This document shows positions 39,364 through 49,025 of a stretch of DNA of 64,000 nt, in pieces. The notes under the pieces are model-generated. The model had not been told where the DNA came from, searched no databases, and was given only the letters and a program-made list of their open reading frames with translations. Within the stretch, counting starts at the first letter, position 1; each line of letters opens with the position of its first letter. The DNA comes from Candidatus Wolfebacteria bacterium (GTDB lineage Bacteria; Patescibacteriota; Minisyncoccia; UBA6257; UBA9933), in assembly GCA_024654025.1 (NCBI GenBank), contig JANLIR010000007.1, positions 421 through 64,420 of the forward strand, written 5' to 3'. Position numbers and translations under genes: made by a program.

Positions 39364-40104
39364 ATGCATAGCTTAACGCTAAAAAACCTTAAAACCGAGT
39401 TAAAGAAATTTGCCAGTCCCCAAAAAGCCGAAATTTTGGCTCGTTTTTTTAAAATCGGAAAAGGCGAATACGGAGAAGGGGATATTTTTATTGGGGTGGT
39501 TGTCCCGGATATCAGGAAAACCGCAAAAAAATATAACGCCATTGGTTTGCGCGAAACAGAAAAATTGCTTCATTCTAAAATCCACGAGGAACGGCTGTGC
39601 GCGCTTTTAATTCTGGTTGAAAAGTTTAGAAACGGCGGTGAAAAAACCAAAGAGCAAATTTATAAATTATATTTAAAAAACACAAAATATATTAATAATT
39701 GGGACTTGGTTGATTTGTCATCCCACCACATTGTCGGAGAATTTTCGTCTGACAAACCGACCGACAAACTGATTAAAAAGCCAAAAAGCGTTTTATATAA
39801 ACTTGCGAAGTCAAAAAATTTATGGGAAAGGCGAATCGCCACTCTAGCCACTTTTAATTTTATAAATAAGGGCCAGCACAAAGAAACTTTAAAAATCGCT
39901 GAAATATTATTAAAAGATAAGCATGATTTGATACACAAGGCGGTTGGATGGATGTTAAGGGAAACAGGTAAGCGCTGTTCGCGAGAGATTTTGGAAGATT
40001 TTTTAAAAAAACATTACAAGCAAATGCCGCGGACAATATTAAGGTACGCGATAGAAAAGTTTCCTGAAAAAAAGCGAAAATCGTATTTAGGTGGTAAAAT
40101 ATAA
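39364..40104 (+). CDS. DNA alkylation repair protein (AlkD family)
   Basis: GEYGEGD.F.GV, NNWDLVD, WERR, DLIHKAVGWMLRE. Confidence 0.9.
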   Translation: MHSLTLKNLKTELKKFASPQKAEILARFFKIGKGEYGEGDIFIGVVVPDIRKTAKKYNAIGLRETEKLLHSKIHEERLCALLILVEKFRNGGEKTKEQIYKLYLKNTKYINNWDLVDLSSHHIVGEFSSDKPTDKLIKKPKSVLYKLAKSKNLWERRIATLATFNFINKGQHKETLKIAEILLKDKHDLIHKAVGWMLRETGKRCSREILEDFLKKHYKQMPRTILRYAIEKFPEKKRKSYLGGKI

Positions 40105-40170
40105 TAAGTTTCTGTGGAATTTGATACGCGTTTTAAATAATGATAAATTTATAAGATATACTACAAAAAA

Positions 40171-41196
40171 ATGGAATTCGATTTAAACAAAATAAAAAAA
40201 TCCGCTCAGGAGGCCATAGAAGAACTTGCCAGTCCGGAAAAACTAGAGGAAATAAAAATTAAATTTTTGGGCAGAAAAAGCGAACTCACCGAACTTTTGC
40301 GTTCTTTAAAGGATTTGTCGATTGAAGAAAGGCGTAAATTAGGTCCGAAGCTTCAAGAGTTAAAAAAAGAATTAGAAAGGTCTTTTGACAAAAGACTCAA
40401 AGATCTTCGTATTTCACATTCTACGCTTCGCGAACGCATTGACGTTACCAAGCCGGGGCATAAAATTACTTCCGGTCATATCCATCCCTTGTCAAAAATC
40501 GAAGAAGAAATCGAGCAGATTTTTTTATCAATGAATTTTTCCGTGGTTGAGGGTCCGGAAGTTGAAGATGAATACCACAATTTTGACGCCTTAAACATCC
40601 CCAAAGACCATCCGGCAAGGGAGATGTGGGACACATTTTGGCTTCGCCAAAATGAAATCAAAAATCAAAAATCAAAAATCAAAAATCCTGAAAAACTATT
40701 ACTAAGAACTCATACGAGTCCGATGCAGATACGCTATATGGAGAAAAATAATCCGCCTTTTCAAATTATTGTGCCAGGCAGGGTTTTTCGCTACGAGGCC
40801 ACTGACGCGTCGCATGAAATAAATTTTTATCAAGTAGAAGGGCTTATGGTTGGCAAAGATATGAGTTTGGCGAATTTTAAATTTGTCGTTGAGGAATTTT
40901 TTAAAAAGTTTTTCGGCAGCCAAAAAATAGAGTTTCGGTTCAGGCCGAGCTATTTTCCGTTTGTTGAGCCCGGGGTTGAAGTAGATATCAAATTAGGCAA
41001 AAGCGGCAAGTGGCTGGAAGTAATGGGCGCGGGCATGGTGCACAGAAAAGTTTTTGACGCTGTCGGCTATAACCCTAATGACGTAACGGGTTTTGCTTTT
41101 GGTCTTGGTTTAGAGCGCTTGGCGATGATTAAATACAAGATTCCGGACATCAGATTATTTTATTCGGGAGATTTGAGATTTATTAAGCAATTTTAA
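40171..41196 (+). CDS. pheS: Phenylalanine--tRNA ligase alpha subunit
   Basis: HPAR.MWDTF, LRTHTS, PGRVFR, FPFVEP, GFAFGLGLERLAM. Confidence 0.97.
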   Translation: MEFDLNKIKKSAQEAIEELASPEKLEEIKIKFLGRKSELTELLRSLKDLSIEERRKLGPKLQELKKELERSFDKRLKDLRISHSTLRERIDVTKPGHKITSGHIHPLSKIEEEIEQIFLSMNFSVVEGPEVEDEYHNFDALNIPKDHPAREMWDTFWLRQNEIKNQKSKIKNPEKLLLRTHTSPMQIRYMEKNNPPFQIIVPGRVFRYEATDASHEINFYQVEGLMVGKDMSLANFKFVVEEFFKKFFGSQKIEFRFRPSYFPFVEPGVEVDIKLGKSGKWLEVMGAGMVHRKVFDAVGYNPNDVTGFAFGLGLERLAMIKYKIPDIRLFYSGDLRFIKQF

Positions 41197-41254
41197 AGGG
41201 CTTTGTCTAAATTTTGAAGCCGTCAGGCGAACAAAATTTAGATGCAAAACCTTT

Positions 41255-41540
41255 ACCCAGCACCTTTTTATGCATTATGTTTATATAATTCAAAGCAATA
41301 AAACGGGTGCTCTGTATTTTGGAAGAACCAATAATCTTGTTCAAAGATTAAAAGATCACAATAATGGAAGTAACTTTTCAACAAAAGAACAGAAACCGTG
41401 GCATTATGTTTATACCGAAGGCTATTTATCAGAAAAAGACGCAATACAACGAGAGTTAAAGTTGAAAAATTACGGCAACGCTAGAACATATGTCAGAAAA
41501 CGAATTCAAAACAGTTTAAAATAATAAAAAGGTGCTGGGT
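41255..41540. mobile_element. Inverted-repeat-bounded GIY-YIG cassette between pheS and pheT
   Basis: Perfect 17-bp IR acccagcacctttttat (41255-41271) / ataaaaaggtgctgggt (41524-41540) overlapping the ORF start and stop codons. Confidence 0.6.
41270..41524 (+). CDS. Stand-alone GIY-YIG nuclease (84 aa)
   Basis: YVYII...LYFG.T..L..RL..HN, catalytic Glu in A.QRE. Confidence 0.9.
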   Translation: MHYVYIIQSNKTGALYFGRTNNLVQRLKDHNNGSNFSTKEQKPWHYVYTEGYLSEKDAIQRELKLKNYGNARTYVRKRIQNSLK

Positions 41541-41599
41541 GCTCAATTTTATAGTAAAATTGACTGCGCCTACGGCTTGTAAATTTTAATAAAATTGGC

Positions 41600-43675
41600 A
41601 TGAAATTCTCGTATAAATTATTAAAACAATTAGTTCCGCAGATAAAAAACCAAAACGAGTTGGTTGATAAATTGACAATGCACGCGTTTGAAATTGACAG
41701 CGTGAAAGGGGATACGATTGACATAAAACTTCCGCCAAACAGATATTCAGACGCTGGATCGCATATTGGAATAGCGCGTGAAATTGCGGCAATTTCAAAC
41801 TACAAACTTAAAACTAAAAACTACGGACAAAAAGAAAAAAATAAAAAGAAATCGTATTTTAACGTAAAAATCCAGGATAAAAATTTATGTCCGCGTTACA
41901 CTGCTCAATACTTTGAAAATATTAAAATAAGCGCGTCTCCGAAATGGATACAGGATGTTTTAAAAACCTGCGGATTAAGGCCGATAAATAATGTCGTGGA
42001 CATAATGAATTACGTAATGCTTGAAACCGGCCAGCCTTTGCACGCGTTTGATTACGACAAACTTTACGCTAAAGGCGGAAAACAACCAACGATAATTATA
42101 AGAAAAGCGAATAAAGGAGAAAAAATAATCTCGCTTGACGGCGAAAAGTACAATTTAGACCCGGATGTTTTAGTTATTTCCGACGAAAAAGAAGTGTTGG
42201 CAATTGCCGGCATAAAAGGCGGCAAGATTGCGGAAGTGGACAAAAATACAAAAAGAATTATTGTTGAATCCGCAAATTTTGATCCCGTTAACATATATAA
42301 AACTTCAAAAAAACTTTTGCTTTCAACAGACGCTTCTTTAAGATTTTCGCGGAATTTAAGCCCTGAACTGGCGATTTTAGGCTTAAATAGAGCGGGGCAG
42401 TTGCTTATAGAGATCGCCAAAGCGTCTTCTGGCGCAGTTATCGATGTTTATCCAAAAAAGCAGTCTAAAAAAATAGTAAAATTCGACACAGAAAGATTTA
42501 GAAAATTTATCGGATTAGGTTTGGATTTTAAAACCTTCAAAAATTATTTTGAAAGTTTAGGGTTTATCGTTAAAGTTCCGGCTGACCAATTAACTAATTC
42601 GCCAATTAACCAGTTCTTTGTGGAGGTTTCACTGTTTCGCGTTGATATTGAAACATTTGAGGATTTAGCGGAAGAGATAGTCAGACTATACGGTTATGGT
42701 AAATTAAAATCAGTTCCGCCGTACGCGTTTTTAAAACCTTCCGGATTCGAGGATCAAATAGTTTTAAAAAATAAAATCAGAAAAATTTTAACCGGAATCG
42801 GATTAAGCGAAATTTATAACTATTCTTTTATTTCCGATAAGGAAGGCGAGTTAGATTTCGGGTTTGCTAAAAATAAATTAATCGAACTCGAAAATCCCAT
42901 TAGCAGTCAGTTCAAATATTTAAGGCCTAATTTAGAAATCGGTCTTGTTAAAAACATAAGCGATAACAGCCGGTTTTTTAACGAAGTTCATATTTTTGAG
43001 ATTGGTAAGATTTTTTCCGCCGGAGGCGGACCCGCTGATGGCGGGGAAATCGGTAAAGTTTTTTCCGCCAAAGGCGGATCCGCCTATGGAGGGCAGGCCG
43101 GTAAAGAAACATTGGCGTTAGGGATGATTTTATCCGACAAAAATCAGGAGACGTTTTTTAAATTAAAAGGGATTATTTCCGCGCTATTTAAGAAAATCGG
43201 CCTGGTGAACTATTCTTTTACCGAATCCGAAGCAAATGTTTTGCTTATAAAATCAGGAAATAAGTTTTTGGGCAGTATTAGAAAAAAATATGACTCGCCT
43301 AAAAAACAAATTTCTTCAGCGGAAATAAATTTGGACGAACTTCTGGTTTTAATCGAGGGAGAACACGAATTCCGGCCGCTTCCGAAATTTCCCTCTGTTA
43401 TGCGGGACATTTCTATTGCCGTTTTAGAGTCCGCAAAAGTTGGAAATATTATTGAGGAGATCCAGGAGGCAAACATGAAATACATCGAAGACGTTGATTT
43501 AATAGATGAATACGATTTAACAAAATCAAATTCTTCCGCCGATAAAGGCGTAAGCTATACTTTTCGAATTATTTTCCAAGCCCCTGACCGGACCTTAACC
43601 GACCAAGAAGTTGACAAGGAGATGGAGAAAATTATTTCAATTTTAAAAAATAAGTTTCGCGCTTCTTTGAGATAA
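41600..43675 (+). CDS. pheT: Phenylalanine--tRNA ligase beta subunit (no B2 tRNA-binding OB domain)
   Basis: PNR.D, RPINNVVDIMNYVMLETGQPLHAFD, DLAEEIVRLYGY, RDIS, RTLTD. Confidence 0.95.
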   Translation: MKFSYKLLKQLVPQIKNQNELVDKLTMHAFEIDSVKGDTIDIKLPPNRYSDAGSHIGIAREIAAISNYKLKTKNYGQKEKNKKKSYFNVKIQDKNLCPRYTAQYFENIKISASPKWIQDVLKTCGLRPINNVVDIMNYVMLETGQPLHAFDYDKLYAKGGKQPTIIIRKANKGEKIISLDGEKYNLDPDVLVISDEKEVLAIAGIKGGKIAEVDKNTKRIIVESANFDPVNIYKTSKKLLLSTDASLRFSRNLSPELAILGLNRAGQLLIEIAKASSGAVIDVYPKKQSKKIVKFDTERFRKFIGLGLDFKTFKNYFESLGFIVKVPADQLTNSPINQFFVEVSLFRVDIETFEDLAEEIVRLYGYGKLKSVPPYAFLKPSGFEDQIVLKNKIRKILTGIGLSEIYNYSFISDKEGELDFGFAKNKLIELENPISSQFKYLRPNLEIGLVKNISDNSRFFNEVHIFEIGKIFSAGGGPADGGEIGKVFSAKGGSAYGGQAGKETLALGMILSDKNQETFFKLKGIISALFKKIGLVNYSFTESEANVLLIKSGNKFLGSIRKKYDSPKKQISSAEINLDELLVLIEGEHEFRPLPKFPSVMRDISIAVLESAKVGNIIEEIQEANMKYIEDVDLIDEYDLTKSNSSADKGVSYTFRIIFQAPDRTLTDQEVDKEMEKIISILKNKFRASLR

Positions 43676-43731
43676 TTTATGTTATTATTTATCGCGCTAG
43701 TTTGGTAAAATAATATAAGCGCTAAAAGGAA

Positions 43732-45234
43732 ATGGAAAAAATTAAAAAGATATTAAAATTTTTAAATCCTCAGCCCGCGATTGGCGGATTGGAAATAAGC
43801 GATTCCTATTTGCGTTTTGTTTTAATCAAGGAAAAAAAGGTTGATTTTTTTTCATTAAAACTTCCGCCCTCCATCGTGGAAAACGGCAAGGTTAAAAATC
43901 GCGACGCTTTGCGTCTGATGCTTTTGAATCTCCACGCTAAAATAACACCCAAAAAAAAGAAAAAAATATATGCGGTTGTAAGTGTTTCAGACGGCAATAT
44001 TTATTCCTCGCTTTTAAGTCTTCCGGCAATAGCCTCAAGCGGAATGGACGAAGCCGCCAAATTAAATTTGCAAATGGCTTCGCCTGTTGATTTTGAAAGC
44101 GTTTACAGCGATTGGCAATTAATAGGGGAAAAAGAATTAAGCGGCGGAAACCAGCTGGAAATTTTCGGAGCTTTTATTTCAAAGACTACCGTTAATGAAT
44201 TTGAGTCGGTAATCGAAGAAGCTGGTTTTGTAACTGCCGCTGTTGAGTTTCCGGCGCTTTCGCTTTCAAGAGTCATAGTTAAATTAGGTGAAAAAATTGC
44301 TAAAGAAAAAACCTATCTTTTTTTAAGGGTTAGCGGAGACGGATTGACATACGGAATTGTTAAAAACGGCAATCTATATTTTGCGCATTTTGTGGCATGG
44401 CTCTCGGCTTATGGAACAGAAAAAAAGATTAGTTCGGACTCCTTTAAAAAATTAATTATTTCCGAGACTAGAAAAGTTTTGAATTTTCATGAAAATCACA
44501 TTGGCGGGCAGATCGAAAAGATTTTAGTTATTACTCCCAGTATGATTGATGATATTTTAAGCGCGCTTGCCGAAGGAGCGCCAAATATAAAATCCGAAAC
44601 TCTCTCTCTTGAGCAATTTAAAGAATTAGCGATTAGCTGGTACAGCGTGCTGGGAGTAGCGCTTCGCGGATTAGTGCCTCGTCCCCAAGATAATATTGTT
44701 TCTTTGTCGAGTGACGATACCGATGTTAAGTTTGGAAATTATCAAACTATCGGTTTTATAAGAATTTGGAGAAATATTTCATTCGCGATTCTTGCTTTTG
44801 TTTTACTGGTTTTTATCAGTTTAGATGTTTTTTTAAGTTCTAATTCTAATAATTTGCAAAAACAGCTGGGCGCGTTGAGTTTAAATCCTAATAGCCAAAA
44901 AATATCCGAATTGACCCAGCAAGCCGCAGCATTCAATGAAAAAGTTGAATTAATAAGTAGCGCGTATTCTAATAAATCTTATTGGTCACCGGTTTTCGAC
45001 GCGCTTATTGAAAAGCTCGGGAGCGACATTACAATAAAAAGATTTTATCTTTCTTCTGCTGGTTCCCCGATTGTTATAACGGGCGAAGCGCCAAGCGAGG
45101 AAAGAGTGTCGGCTTTTGGAGAGGATCTTAAAAAAGACTCAAGATTTTCCGATGTTCAGATTCCTCTGTCGTCAATTAAAGAGATTTCCAAAAACGCCTT
45201 TATTTTTAACTTAATTTTTAAGGCTAATTTTTAA
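43732..45234 (+). CDS. PilM-PilN fusion (pilus alignment complex)
   Basis: GGLEISD actin-like start, then TM and a PilN-like periplasmic domain. Confidence 0.65.
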   Translation: MEKIKKILKFLNPQPAIGGLEISDSYLRFVLIKEKKVDFFSLKLPPSIVENGKVKNRDALRLMLLNLHAKITPKKKKKIYAVVSVSDGNIYSSLLSLPAIASSGMDEAAKLNLQMASPVDFESVYSDWQLIGEKELSGGNQLEIFGAFISKTTVNEFESVIEEAGFVTAAVEFPALSLSRVIVKLGEKIAKEKTYLFLRVSGDGLTYGIVKNGNLYFAHFVAWLSAYGTEKKISSDSFKKLIISETRKVLNFHENHIGGQIEKILVITPSMIDDILSALAEGAPNIKSETLSLEQFKELAISWYSVLGVALRGLVPRPQDNIVSLSSDDTDVKFGNYQTIGFIRIWRNISFAILAFVLLVFISLDVFLSSNSNNLQKQLGALSLNPNSQKISELTQQAAAFNEKVELISSAYSNKSYWSPVFDALIEKLGSDITIKRFYLSSAGSPIVITGEAPSEERVSAFGEDLKKDSRFSDVQIPLSSIKEISKNAFIFNLIFKANF

Positions 45235-45240
45235 AATATC

Positions 45241-46533
45241 CTAACTCTCAAGGCTGACTTTTTGGAATTGTCCTTGACGAAGTATGTAGATAAAATTATT
45301 TTCTCCGTCATAAAACAAATTGTCGAAACCGTTTTCGATGTTGTAAAGGTTTAAAGGCGGTCGGTCATCAATTTCCGTTAAACTGACTTCGTTGGATTTT
45401 CCCGCCAGCAGCCTGAGAGAGTCTTTGTACCAGAAAATTTTTTCCAACTCTTGTTTTTTGGCCAGTTCAAATCTGGACACATCGCCAATTTTTTTCCTAA
45501 ATATTTCGTCCCACTCGTCGATAAAGCGGACATTTATAGTGCCGTTTGTGTCCAAAAAAGCAATTGCCCGGTTGTTTGGGGAAAACTCAAAAAATTTGAC
45601 GGAGTGAGCGATTTTTTCCGGCAAAGGATTTTTTTCCGTAAATAAATATAATCCTCCGCCCGAATCCAAAAACGCGATCCGATTTCCTGACCTAGAAGCT
45701 TCCACGCTTTTTACGGGGAATTTAGCGGTAGAAGAAGTTATTTCAAAGAGAGTGTTTTGAGTTTTAAAAACAAGGTTATAAGAAAGAAACGAAACAATAT
45801 TTTTGTCTCCTTTTTTTGTTTTTACGAAATATACAGTTGAACCCCTAATATTCCATGATAATATTTTTTCTTCTATCAGGCTTTCTTTTTGCCGTCGCTC
45901 GGTGTCTAAAATTATCAGACCATTTTTTGTTTCAATGATAATTCTATTGGAATCAAAGGGGAGAAACCCGACTTTTTTTATTTCTAAGGCGGTCGTATTT
46001 TCCGATAATATATTTGCAGCCAAAACCCCGAGATTTAAAGCGGTTTTTGGATTCTTTAAATCATAAAGGTAAAAATTGCCGCTTAAGCTGTTTAGGGAGA
46101 TGATTTTATTGGAATCCGTTGATACGTCGATTATGACGTTTCCTTTTATTGACTTTGCCAGAGTTTCCGATTTAAATTTGTTCGGCGGCAAAAACGCGTT
46201 TATCGTTTCCACCAAAGACGGCTTGAGTTTTAGTATTTTGCGATATTTTTGAAAGCCTTCTTTTTCTATTGTGACGGTATAGGTTTTGGGCAAAAGATTA
46301 GGGATAAGAGTATGGTTTTGAATTATATTCGAATCGTCCGAGAATTCTTTGTTGTCTAATTTTATAACAACTCCGCGGGGCGTTGTTTGAATTGCGATCG
46401 CGCCGGTTTTTTGTATTTGAAAATTTTCCAGATTCAGCCGCCAGCCAAGCCCGTATAAAACAATAATTGAACCGCCGATTATAAAAACCAGAGTAAAAAG
46501 GACGAGCAGCAGCCGTCTTGATAATAGTGACAT
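45241..46533 (-). CDS. PEGA-domain / beta-propeller membrane protein
   Basis: TM, YGLGWR...TGAI...P.GV.I.LD, NLLPKTY.V.IEKEGF; WD/TolB-like repeats. Confidence 0.7.
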   Translation of the reverse strand: MSLLSRRLLLVLFTLVFIIGGSIIVLYGLGWRLNLENFQIQKTGAIAIQTTPRGVVIKLDNKEFSDDSNIIQNHTLIPNLLPKTYTVTIEKEGFQKYRKILKLKPSLVETINAFLPPNKFKSETLAKSIKGNVIIDVSTDSNKIISLNSLSGNFYLYDLKNPKTALNLGVLAANILSENTTALEIKKVGFLPFDSNRIIIETKNGLIILDTERRQKESLIEEKILSWNIRGSTVYFVKTKKGDKNIVSFLSYNLVFKTQNTLFEITSSTAKFPVKSVEASRSGNRIAFLDSGGGLYLFTEKNPLPEKIAHSVKFFEFSPNNRAIAFLDTNGTINVRFIDEWDEIFRKKIGDVSRFELAKKQELEKIFWYKDSLRLLAGKSNEVSLTEIDDRPPLNLYNIENGFDNLFYDGENNFIYILRQGQFQKVSLES

Positions 46534-46595
46534 ATTCAACTGCAATTATATCGCGTCGTTTGAATTTTTCAACAAAATCACGTATATTTCAAAAT

Positions 46596-47603
46596 ATGTT
46601 TACTAGAAAAATTGGAATTGATTTAGGCACGGCTAACACAATCGTTTTTGTTCCTAAAAAGGGTTTTATTATCAACGAACCGACAATTGTTGCTTTGAGT
46701 TCCACCGACAACACTGTTCTTGCGGTTGGCAGAGAAGCCAAGGAAATGATCGGCAGAACCCCGGCCGACATAAGGGCGTACAGACCGTTAAAAGACGGAG
46801 TTATCGCCGACTATTATATTACTAAGGCGATGCTTAAATATTTTATCGCTAAAGCAATCGGCCCTTTTAATTTTTTTAAACCCGATGTTGTTATTTCCGT
46901 TCCGGCCGGCATTACTCAGACAGAGCGCCGGGCTGTCATAAATTCCGCTAAGGAGGCGGGCGCAAAAGAAGCCCACGTGGTTAGAGAACCGATTTTAGCT
47001 GCTTTGGGCGCGGGGATTCCAATTAATTCCCACTCAGGCAATATGATTGTTAATATGGGAGGCGGCACGTCGGAAACGGCGGTCATATCGCTTGGCGGCA
47101 TTGTTTCTTGGGCGTCGCTAAGAGTGGCCGGCAATAAATTTGATTCTGCTATCAGTGATTATATAAAAAAGAAGTATTCTCTTTTTATAGGAGAGCAGAT
47201 GGCGGAAACCGTCAAAATCGAAGTTGGTTCCGCTCTTCAAACAAAAGACAAAAGGACCTTTAGGGTAAGAGGCCGGGATATGATTTCGGGTTTGCCCAAA
47301 GACGTCATTGTCAGTTCAAATGAGATTGCCGAGGCTTTGCACGGCCATCTTTTGGACATCGTAGCTTCTGTACAAAATGTGTTTAACGAAACTCCGCCGG
47401 AGCTCGTCGCTGATATTATGGAAAAGGGAATAATTCTTTCCGGCGGCACGGCTCAGATACCCCTGCTTGGAGAGTTTTTCAAAAGAGCTTTGGGCGTTAA
47501 TGCATACGTTGCCGAAAATCCTCTTTTTTGTGTTGCTAAAGGCGCCGGATTAATTTTGAATCACCTGGATGTTTATAAGAGAACATTATTGAATAAAAAG
47601 TAA
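46596..47603 (+). CDS. mreB: Rod shape-determining protein MreB/Mbl
   Basis: IGIDLGTAN, RPLKDGVIAD, GGGTSE, ETPPEL, LSGG; ATG 46596. Confidence 0.93.
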   Translation: MFTRKIGIDLGTANTIVFVPKKGFIINEPTIVALSSTDNTVLAVGREAKEMIGRTPADIRAYRPLKDGVIADYYITKAMLKYFIAKAIGPFNFFKPDVVISVPAGITQTERRAVINSAKEAGAKEAHVVREPILAALGAGIPINSHSGNMIVNMGGGTSETAVISLGGIVSWASLRVAGNKFDSAISDYIKKKYSLFIGEQMAETVKIEVGSALQTKDKRTFRVRGRDMISGLPKDVIVSSNEIAEALHGHLLDIVASVQNVFNETPPELVADIMEKGIILSGGTAQIPLLGEFFKRALGVNAYVAENPLFCVAKGAGLILNHLDVYKRTLLNKK

Positions 47604-47608
47604 ACGGG

Positions 47609-48526
47609 ATGAATAAATATCAAAACGCATACATAATTTTTTTATCAAAATTTATCAAGCCCCGGCGCCGGTTAAAAGTTATTGTCGATTGCTCTAACGG
47701 CGCGGCTGGATCGATTGTTTATAAAATATTTAAAAACAGCAAGATTTTAAATTTTAAAATTATCAATTCCGTAGCGGATGGAAATTTTCCCGCTCACGGA
47801 CCAGACCCTTTAAGAGGAAATGCTTTTAAAAAAGCTTCTTCTTTCGTGTTAGAACAAAAGGCCGATGTTGGCATTGTTTTTGACGCTGACGGCGACAGGG
47901 CTTTTTTTATTGATAATCGTGGAAGAAAAATAAATCCAGATGTTATAGCTAAGCTTTTCGTTTGGCATTTAAAACCGAAAAAAATTGTTGTAGACGCCAG
48001 AACCGGATGGCTTGTTACTAAGTCACAAGCCACAAGTTACAAACCACAAGTTATTAATTCAAAAGTCGGCAGATATTTCGTTGAGCAGCTGATGAAAAAA
48101 AATAAGGCTGACTTTGGGGCTGAACACTCCGGACATTATTATTTCAAGACATTCTATTATTTTGATTCTGGAATTTTTTCAGCGATTCAAGCTATTAATG
48201 CTGTTTCGAAATTGCCCTATTCGCTCGCTGATTTTGCCGATTTATTGCCTCAGTATTATTCAAAGGATGTTAATTTTAGGTTAAATTCTAAGCGTGACTA
48301 CTCCGCGACCATAGGAAAAATAGAAAATAGATACAAGAAATTCGCCGTAAAAACTTCTCGGCTTGATGGGCTGAAAATGGAAATAAAAAAGCCTTCCGGC
48401 AGGTTTTGGTTCAATATTCATTTTTCCAATACCGAGCCGGTGATAAGGTTGACAATCGAGGCCCAATCGTCGAAGATACTGGCGGTAGAGGCTAGAAATT
48501 TAGCTGATTTACTAACGAAAGCATGA
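47609..48526 (+). CDS. Phosphomannomutase/phosphoglucomutase-like protein lacking domain I
   Basis: VDCSNG, FDADGDR, GAEHSGHYYF, SNTEP present; no TASHNP phosphoserine loop. Confidence 0.75.
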   Translation: MNKYQNAYIIFLSKFIKPRRRLKVIVDCSNGAAGSIVYKIFKNSKILNFKIINSVADGNFPAHGPDPLRGNAFKKASSFVLEQKADVGIVFDADGDRAFFIDNRGRKINPDVIAKLFVWHLKPKKIVVDARTGWLVTKSQATSYKPQVINSKVGRYFVEQLMKKNKADFGAEHSGHYYFKTFYYFDSGIFSAIQAINAVSKLPYSLADFADLLPQYYSKDVNFRLNSKRDYSATIGKIENRYKKFAVKTSRLDGLKMEIKKPSGRFWFNIHFSNTEPVIRLTIEAQSSKILAVEARNLADLLTKA

Positions 48527-49005
48527 AAAACGACGACCTTTTTAATGATTCAAATGGGAAAAAGATAAGTTCTCGCGAAGTAGTTGAAGAAGTGATTAGT
48601 TTTATGAAGGAAGATCAGAAGCGCCACTACAAGGTGATGATCGGAACGGATTCTCAGCAAACCAGCAACGACAGCGATTTTGTGACCGCGATTGTGGTTC
48701 ATAGAGTAGGCAACGGAGGAAGGTACTTTTGGAGACGGTCCGAGAACGGTAAATTTTACACTTTAAGGGATAGAATTATTACCGAAGTTCTTTTGTCTAT
48801 TGAAGTAGCAAAAGAAGTTTTAATGTTTTTGAAATCAGCTACAACTCTTCCGTTTAATTTTGAAATCCACGCCGACGTCGGCAATAACGGCAAGACCAAA
48901 ACAATGATTTCCGAAGTGGTCGGCATGATAAAAGCAAATGATTTTGAAGCAAAAACAAAACCCGAAAGCTACGCCGCCAGCAAAGTGGCCGACAGACACA
49001 CGTAA
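48523..49005 (+). CDS. RNase H-like YkuK family (DUF458) protein
   Basis: IGTDSQ, TAIVVHRVG.GG, EIHADVG.NGKT, AASKVADRHT. Confidence 0.88.
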   Translation: MKNDDLFNDSNGKKISSREVVEEVISFMKEDQKRHYKVMIGTDSQQTSNDSDFVTAIVVHRVGNGGRYFWRRSENGKFYTLRDRIITEVLLSIEVAKEVLMFLKSATTLPFNFEIHADVGNNGKTKTMISEVVGMIKANDFEAKTKPESYAASKVADRHT

Positions 49006-49025
49006 ATTATTTAATTAGTTACGCA

